From NCBI GenBank assembly GCA_029907605.1, contig JARYLO010000002.1, positions 11,030 through 75,029 of the forward strand: DNA of 64,000 bases. The letters are read 5' to 3'. Numbering within the stretch: position 1 is the stretch's first letter; the number at the start of each line of letters is the position of its first letter. Origin of the DNA: Sedimentisphaerales bacterium. GTDB taxonomy: Bacteria; Planctomycetota; Phycisphaerae; Sedimentisphaerales; Anaerobacaceae. Shown piece by piece: positions 17,739 through 26,700 of this stretch. The position numbers and the translations under genes were made by a program. Under the pieces are notes generated by a model. It saw only the letters and a program-made list of their open reading frames with translations, searched no databases and was not told where the DNA came from.

Positions 17739-20700
17739 ATGGGTATTTGGAGTCGGGTGTTGAAAGGTATCAGGTTGGGTCTGAGACGCAGGTCTATTCC
17801 TACCCCAAGGTTCGAGCAGTTGGAGGCCCGCGTCCTGCTGAGTGCCCAGATCACGGGCACGGTGTGGAACGACCTGGATGGCGACGGCCTCAAGGGTATC
17901 GGCGAGCCAGGCATACCTGGCCTGACCGTCTATCTTGATAATGGCCAGACGACTACCACCGATGCAAGTGGGGCCTATCAGTTCACGGACCTGCAGCCAG
18001 GCACATACAAGGTAGGTCAGGTCCTGATCCCCGGCTTCTCGCAGACCTATCCCATACAACTAGGCCTCGTAAATCAGCAACACATCTGGGCATGGTCCAC
18101 CCAGGGCACAGCCCCCAGCAAGGCAGATGCAAGCGTGGTCAGGACAGACACAGAAGGGAATGTGTACGTGGCCGGGACATTTGAAGGGACCGTGGACCTG
18201 ACCCAGGATGGGACGAATAACCCAGTCAGCTCTGCTGGTGCAACAGATGTGTTCATATCCAGGCTGGCTGCTGATGGTTCAAGCACATGGACCAAGATCA
18301 TATCCGGGACGCATGGCCTGTTTGGCGAGACGGTCACGGATATGGTCGTGGCACCATCTGGAAAGATCTATATGGTTGGGAAGTATGGGTCAAATGTCGA
18401 TTTTGACCCTGGACCTGGTGTGGTGATCCGTGTGGCATCCTCTTATAACAATGGGTACCTACTTGCCCTCAATCAGGACGGCTCCTTCGATTCAGTAAAG
18501 ACCTTCAACGGCTCCGGGGCCATTAGCATACTTGGGATGACCCTTGATGCTAGTGGCAATATCTACTTGACAGGGACATTCTCTGGACCCATAGATTTCA
18601 ACCCTGGTGAAGACCTTGATGTCAAGACTACCGCTGCTGGCACGGCCGCAGCCTTCGTAACTAGGATAAACGCAGACGGCAGCTATGGATGGACCAGGGT
18701 CTTCCAGGGCAATCAGTATGCCAGGGGCATTGCAGTCCGGACAGACAGCTCTGGCAATGTCTACGTAACAGGGATCTTCTCAGGGACGGTAGACTTCGAC
18801 CCAGGCCCAGGGGTAGATAACTACACCTACCACGGTGATTGGGACATATTCCTGGTAAAGCTTACAGACGCTGGGGACTATGTCTGGAGGAAGGTGATGG
18901 GTGGCAGTGACTGGGACATGGTCTACCAGATGCAATTGGACAGGGCCGGGAACATCTATCTGGCGGGCCTGTTTAGTGGATATGCAGACCTGGACCCTAC
19001 CGATAGCACAGACTATAGGTGGACCCACAACCATGTTGGGGCAGGCTTTGTCACAAAGATCAATGCAGATGGCTCCTATGCCTGGTCCCAGGTATTAGGC
19101 AGCTCAGACCTCAGATGGGCAGCCACGGACATATCCCTGGATCTTGCGGGGAATATCTATGTGGTCGGCGAGCGTATGGCCCTGCCAGAGAACACCGATT
19201 CGGACACCTACTCTGACCTATTCATCAGCAAGATAGGTCCGGGAGGTAGGATCCTCTGGACACAAACTATAAACGACATTATCCCTACACAATCTGATGT
19301 CTATACACCTTGGCAGTGGCATGTGGCTGCTGCAGTGGATGGCCAGTTATTAGTCTGTGGCAGGTTCAGCGGAACCGTGGACCTCAACACTGGCCAAGGG
19401 ATAGATATGCGTACGTCCACTGGCCAGTATGAGGCCTTTGCAATCAAGCAAGGGCCTTTGTCATATACCCATTCTGTTGCGCTTGTCGATGGTCAGATCG
19501 CAACGGCAATAGACTTCGGCAATAGTATCACAGGTGGATTTGATAACCTTGAGCCTGTTGTCACACGGTTCAATGTATATGACTCTTCTGCCAGTCAGGG
19601 ATACGCAACCAAACGGCAGGTGAACGTGGACCTGCAGGCCATAGATATTGCAGGCTCAATAAAGGGGTGGATGATCACAGAGACCTCAACTCAGCCAGAT
19701 CCATCTGATCCAGGATGGCTAACAAGTCCGCCCACCACATATCTCATAAATAGCCCTGGCGATGGGCAAAAGACACTGTATGCATGGGTTAAGGACGACC
19801 AGGATGCCGTATCGACGCTTACGCTGATCTCGCGTGTCCAGCTAGTCCTTGATACATCTGCGCCGGTAGTAACAGTAGATCCCCTGATCACAACAGATCC
19901 CACGCCTCCCCTTACCGGCAAGGTAAATGATCCGCAAGCCGCCGTACACGTAACTGTTAACGGCAGGACTTACATAGCCACAAATGATGCTAATGGACAT
20001 TGGTCCCTCGCTGATAATGCGATAAGTGATGCCCTTACTAGTGGGACCTATGATGTCAGGGCCACTGCCATAGATACAGCAGGCAATCAGGGACAAGACT
20101 CCACTTCCAATGAACTTACCATCCAGGTTGCCCCACCAATTGCTAGTCTTGAGATTGAGGATGTGACCCTCCCGGCTACTGGGCATAGTTTTACGGTGGT
20201 ATATAGGTCCAGCATAGGGATAGATACAGCGAGTCTGGATGGCCTGGACATACTCGTGACCGGGCCTAATGGCTTCTCACAGACCGCCGAGCTGGTTGGG
20301 CTTGATCCCACATCCAGTAGTACTGAGGTAAGGGCCATATACAGGATCTCTGCACCAAGGGGTCTATGGGCCGCGGTGGATAACGGCACATATACGGTCT
20401 CGATGCGTAGTAGTCAGGTCAAGGACCTAGATATACCGGCCCATTTCGTGCCAGCAGGTGTACTGGGGCAATTCGTGGTGGACGTAGTGGATGTGCCCCC
20501 ACAGATGTCTATTGGGAACGCAGAGATCATAGAAGGAAATGATGGGAGCCAGGTACTTCAGTTCCAGGTTGACCTGTCATGGCCTAGTTCGAATACCGTT
20601 ACAGCGGATTACCAAACAGTACCTGGTTCTGCCAGCCCTGGATCTGACTTCTTGGCAACACAAGGCACGGTTACATTCCTGCCAGGCCAAACAAGCCAGA

Positions 20701-23700
20701 CCATAGAAGTAGAGGTCATAGGTGACACCAGATACGAAAACGATGAGATCTTTTACGTCAGACTGAGCAATCCACAGAACTGTACACTTCAGGATGACGA
20801 GGCAGTGGGAATGATCATCAATGATGACCCTGCCCCATTGCCTCCTGCAGAGTATTTTGATGGCAGGTTTGGCGACTACTTTGACCTCAGGAACAAGGCC
20901 ATATGGTTCACACCGGATCAGACCGAGACCGGCTACTATACGCAGATGGTGAACCTAAGTGGTGTATTGCCAACAGACCCAACAGGTGGTGTGCAGCTGG
21001 CCTTGGCAGACAATGACTCGATCTACGTCCCCCTGGCAAATGGTAAGACCATCCGGGTATTCGGCCAGGAATTCTCAGGCGTTTATGTCTGCACCAACGG
21101 GTATCTGACATTTACCGGACCGGATACAGACAGCACCGAATCCCTGGCAGACCACTTTAGGATGTTGAGGATAAGCGGACTGTTTATCGACTTGATCGCC
21201 AGGTCTGATAGTACCATAAGTTACAAACAGCTTTCAGATCGATTTGTAGTGACCTGGCAGGGCGTTGGTCAACCTACGATCCAGAACAGCCGCAATACCT
21301 TCCAGATCGAGATCTACTTCGATGGCAGGATCCAGATTGCATGGTTGTCGGTCTATAGTGCAAAGGGGATAGTGGGGCTTTCTGATGGGCAGGGTATACG
21401 GCCTGGATTTTCAGAGACTGACCTATCGGCCAGTGATCCTATGCCTGTCATCAACATCACAGATGTTACCGTCGACGAGGGAGATACAGGTACTACATAT
21501 CTGGACTTCCAGGTCCAGCTATCAGGTCCAACAGGACTGGATGTTGAGGTAGATTACAATACAGTCGCAGTTACTGCCGCCGCTGGTGAGGACTTTACAC
21601 CCGTCTCAGGTCGTCTGGTCATACCTGCAGGTCAGACCAACGGCGTCATCAGGGTACCTGTGCTTGGGGATACACGCTATGAATACGACGAGACCTTGCG
21701 TGTTGAGCTAAGCAACGCCAGGTTTGCTATAATAGAGGATGCCAGTGGTGTTGGCACGATCCGAAATGATGACCCTATTGTGCCTCCGGTAGTAGACTCC
21801 CTGCAGGTGAAGGCCATCTCAGCAGGTGTGCCTGCAGGCTACACAAACAACCGGCAGGTCTCTGTCAGTGTTACCGAGCATGATCCTGATGGGGCGGTGG
21901 TGGCATGGGCGATCACGGAAGAGGCCACACCCCCTGCCTCTGATGCAGGCATATGGCAGTCAAGTAGGCCCAATCGCTATACCATACAGAGCCCTGGCGA
22001 TGGACCAAAGACGATCTATGTATGGGTCAAGGACAACCATGGTGCCATAAGCAGTTTGACGGCCGCTTCTGTTGCCCAGATCATACTGGATACTACAGCT
22101 CCGGTTGTAACCATAGATCCATTGACGACAAAGGACCGCAGCCCGCAATTGACAGGTACGGTGGATGACACTGGTGCTGCAATCAAGGTCACCGTCGCTG
22201 GAAACACATACACGGCCACCAATCTTGGCAATGGCCTTTGGTTCCTAGCAGACAATGTCATCACACCGCTATTATCGGATGGTATCCATGAGGTGCAAGT
22301 GACGGCTACCGATCATGTCGGCAATGTCGGATCTGATCAGACGACAAACGAGCTTGTGATAGACTACGCCAATCCTACACTGCAGGCCTGGGAACTTGTC
22401 GTCGACACAGGCATACATGATACAGACAAGGTTACCAAGGCGGTCCCAGTAGTGATTGCCTTTCAGTTCAACGAACCGGTACAGGGGACCAGTGCACACG
22501 TAACGGTGCTAGATCCCGATGGCAACCAGATAGCTCCAGATGCGATCACCGGGTGGGGTTCAGCAACCTTGAGGGTGGTCCTGAATAATCCTGTTATGGA
22601 TGGCCAGTATACCATCAGACTCTCAGGGTTGATCACCGATGTGGTTGGGAACCCACTCAATGGTGGTTCAGACACGGTCCTGGCCTTTACCCTCGACAGG
22701 CAGGCACCTGTTATTACCCAGTGGACGCTGCAGGAGGCCCAGCCAGGTACAGCAGACCCTGTAGTGACAACGGATCAGAGCCCAGTACTGACGATCAGGT
22801 TCTCTGAGGTGGTATATGGTAATGGCTCGGATGCAACTGTGATCGGCCCTGATGGCAAGACGGTGACCAGCCAGGTGGCAGGGTTTGGTACAGATACCAT
22901 AGTCCTGAGCTTCCCTCAGCCCCTGACCAATCCAGGGCTCTATCAGGTCATACTAAAGGCGTCTGGTACGATTACGGACCTGGCGGGAAATGCCATAAAC
23001 AACGGCACTGACTTTGAGATCCAGTTCTATCTGCAATTGCCGATCTCGCGGATGAGCACGGAGATCACGATCCCTTCTTCGAATATTGGGGATCAGTTCA
23101 TGCCAGTAGTGGCTGCAGATGGCAGTGGGATGTTTGTCGCAGCCTGGTATAGCCAGTCGGCTACAGATCCTGGCCTCTTCTATGTGTATATCAGGAGATT
23201 TGATGCAGCAGGCCAGGCCTTAGGCCAGCAGCAGCTTGCCAGTCCTGATCCAGTCGAGCTGCCAGGTCTGCCTGGTAGGCCTGCGATCGCCGTTGCAGAG
23301 GATGGCAGGTTTGCCGTGGCCTGGGAGGCCCAGGTGGGGATCCTAACGCAGGTGCAGATGAGGATCTTCAATCCAGATGGCAGCCCTGCAACTGGCCTGA
23401 TTACCATCGGTGGCGAGTATTACCACTGCTACAGACCTGACATGGCCTTTGATCCCACAAATGGCCAGGTCCTTGTGGCATATACGCGACAGGATGATGG
23501 GTTCCCGGTGCCAGGCGACCTGTACGATACACAGGTTTATGTGCAAAGGTACGACCTGAATGGCACCGCACAGGGCACGGCCGAAAGGGTCAGTTCCACT
23601 GCAGGTAAGGCGCCCAAACTGGTCATAGACAAAGATGGCCGTGTACTGGTCGTATGGAATGGTAAGGAACTTACAAACCGATACCTTTTCGGCCGGTTCA

Positions 23701-26700
23701 TCGAAACATCAGGCCAATTGGGGGCCCAGTTCCAACTGGCACAGATAGGGGACCTTTCAGATGGCCTCCTCCAGGCCAGTTCGCTTGCCATGGATGGCCA
23801 AGGCAGGTTCGTGGTTGCATGGGATGAGCCATTCTTGCAGAAGGTCCTTGTCAGGCAGTTCAATGCAGACGGGACGCCTGTCGCTGCCGCACAAGAGCTG
23901 GCTGGTGCGCATGCTACAGAGCCTGATGTGGCCATGGGTCCTGAAGGCAACTTCATCGTGACCTGGTCGCAGACCGACCGTGATGGGGACGGCTGCGGGG
24001 TATATGCACATAGATTCAACCCAGATGGTTCCAACGCGGGCCCGGATGTGAGGGTAAACAGCCAGGTACTAGGCGAACAAAGCCAGCCGGCGATCGCGAT
24101 CGGGCCTTGGGGTAGGGTGCTGGTCTGTTGGTCAAGCCTTGACCCGACCACTACTGGTACGGACATAAAGGGACAGATACTCGACTATCTGCCCCCCAAG
24201 GTGACCGTCAATAGCATCACCACAGAGGATCTGCATCCTGGTCTATCTGGCACGGTTGACGAGCCTGATGCGACTGTAAATGTATCTGTGCAAGGAGTGA
24301 GCTATCAGGCCACCAACAACGGCGATGGAACATGGACTCTAGGTACTGGTATCATATCGCTTCCTGGTGCAGATGGGGCATATGATGTGACCGTCAGGGC
24401 TACAGACCCTGCAGGCAATCTGGGCATGGACCAGACCACTGGAGAGCTGGTACTGGATCGAGAAGACCCAGTCATGGTAGGCCAGCCGGTATTGATGGAT
24501 GACACAGGTTCGCCTACGGATCGCCTGACAGGCGATACCACACCGGCCGTGATCTTCACCTTCTCCGAACCGGTCTATGGTACTGCGGATGCGGTGCAGG
24601 CCTGGATCAGGCCGGTCTCGACCATACCTGGCTACTATGAACCAAGGATCGATATACAGCCCGACGTGGTAGAGGGTTGGGGCACGAATCAGATAACGAT
24701 CAGATTTACTACGCCACTTACCATGAATGGTGAATATACGATCAAGCTTGTAGGGGGCCAGATCACAGACCTGGCACGCAAGCCAGTTAATGACGGGGCC
24801 GATATCTATGCAAGCTTCAGATTGGATTGCAAGGTCCCCCAAGTCATGGTCGGTGACCTGACGACCAGTAGCCCCTATCCAGACCTCGAAGGCTATGTGG
24901 ATGATCCGTTCGCCACGGTCAGGGTCAGGATAGGGAATGTCATCGACGATGTTGCTAATGTGCAGTATGAGACAGGTGTTTGGACCTATTCCGTCAACCA
25001 AAGGCTCACGCCAGGCCAGTACAAGGTCGTAGTGACGGCAACAGATGCTGCTGGCAATGTTGGCACGGATACTGCCACGTTAACGATACTGATGGCAGAG
25101 GATACCTTCGATGATGACTCCAATAGCTGGGATGCGGACCTATTCTTCATGAGGTGGCAGGAGGTCTTCGAGGGTGATAAGGATGTACCCAAGCCTGCAC
25201 CAGCAGGCGAGACAAGGTCTTGGGGTCCTGATGCAGCAGGGGTGAGGCTCACCCAGGTCAGCAACATATACTCAAGTAGCTCTGATCCGTTGGCAAGAAA
25301 GGGGACCTATCTGCTATTTAAGCCAGGTTCAACCTGGACGGATTATAAGGTCAGCTATTCCATGGCCTCTGAGGATGATGGTGACATAGGCCTGATGTTT
25401 AGGGTCATGGACGCAAACAACTACTATCGCTTCTCTTGGAACAGGGCAAGCGGTGAAAGACGGCTCGTCAAGTGTGTAGCAGGCCAATTCACTCTACTGG
25501 CCTCTGACAAGGCCAATATGGAAAAGGGCACATTCTATGACATACAGATCCTAGCGCATGGCAGCCTGCTTGAGGTATATGTTGATGAAAAGCTGATCTT
25601 TGCCGTCAGGGATACGGCGATTGCATCTGGCACCATCGCCTTCTACTGCCACAGCAATAATAGGGCCTTCTTTGACGACCTGCAGGTGGAGAACCTGGCA
25701 GGTGTGAACCTGCCACCTAGGTTCACCACATTAGAGGCCTCTGCCAACAGGATATTCGACACCCAGACCATGCAGCTCAATGCCCAGGCATATGACCCAG
25801 ATGAGGAAAGGCCCATCACATATCAGTGGGTCATAGATGAAGGTCAAGGTAGCTTCGACGATCCGACCCTGCCTAACCCAGTCTTTAAGCCAGCGGACGT
25901 GACTAGCGAGACTACCTGCATTATCCATGTGGAGGCGTTCGATGGCGTTGTGACTACCAAGTCCGAACCTATCAGGATAGAGGTCTTTGATGCAGATGCC
26001 CCTGTATTCCTACAAGAGGACTTCCAAGAGGTAGATCCAGATGAATGGCTCATAAAGGATATGACCAAGACTGCATCCCTCTGGACTGCCACCGACGGCA
26101 GCCTCAGGCAGGGCAGGTCAGCAACGTCATTTGTGACCTACATTAAGGGCTCCATCTGGCAGGCGGTGCAGGTGGAGGTTGATATGAGTTCGACTGCAAA
26201 TGGGGCGATGGGCGTGGTGTTCAGGTATCAGGATGAGAATAACTACTACCGATTCCTCTGGAACAATAAGGATGGCACAAGGAGGCTCCAAGCCTGCGTA
26301 AATGGTCAGATCACGGACCTGGCATCTGACAAGGCCAAGTACGTAAAGAAGCAGGTTTACAAACTCAGTATCATCGCACTAGGTCCATTCATTGCGGTTG
26401 ACATCAATGGCCAGCGGTTATTTACGGTCATAGACACAAGCCTTACCACAGGAACGGTCGGCTTCTATGTCAGTAATAACAAGGGAGCGACATTCGATAA
26501 TCTGGTGGTGAACAACTACAAGGATGCAGAGCTAGCGCCAATAATCACGTCTATATCGGCAAAGGATTATATACCAAGGGATGGTCAACCAGTTGACCTA
26601 GAGGTACATGCATATGATCCTGATGCGGATAATCTAACATATTACTGGACGGTTGTGGAAGGCGACGGGACATTCAGCGATGCAGACGTAGCTAATCCGC

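Noticed and set aside
23284-23291. HIP1-like GCGATCGC highly iterated palindrome (cyanobacterial signature)
   Set aside because: I found only about four copies in 64 kb (near 23284, 24091, 28793 and 47467), against about one expected. This is far below the roughly 1-per-kb density of true HIP1 genomes.
23537-25001. Long antisense ORFs (209 aa at 23537-24166 and 220 aa at 24339-25001) inside the giant gene
   Set aside because: They lie opposite a frame with unmistakable domain repeats. Their products are low-complexity (P/S/A/R/G-rich) and have no RBS or motifs. This is typical of spurious antisense ORFs in moderately GC-rich coding DNA.
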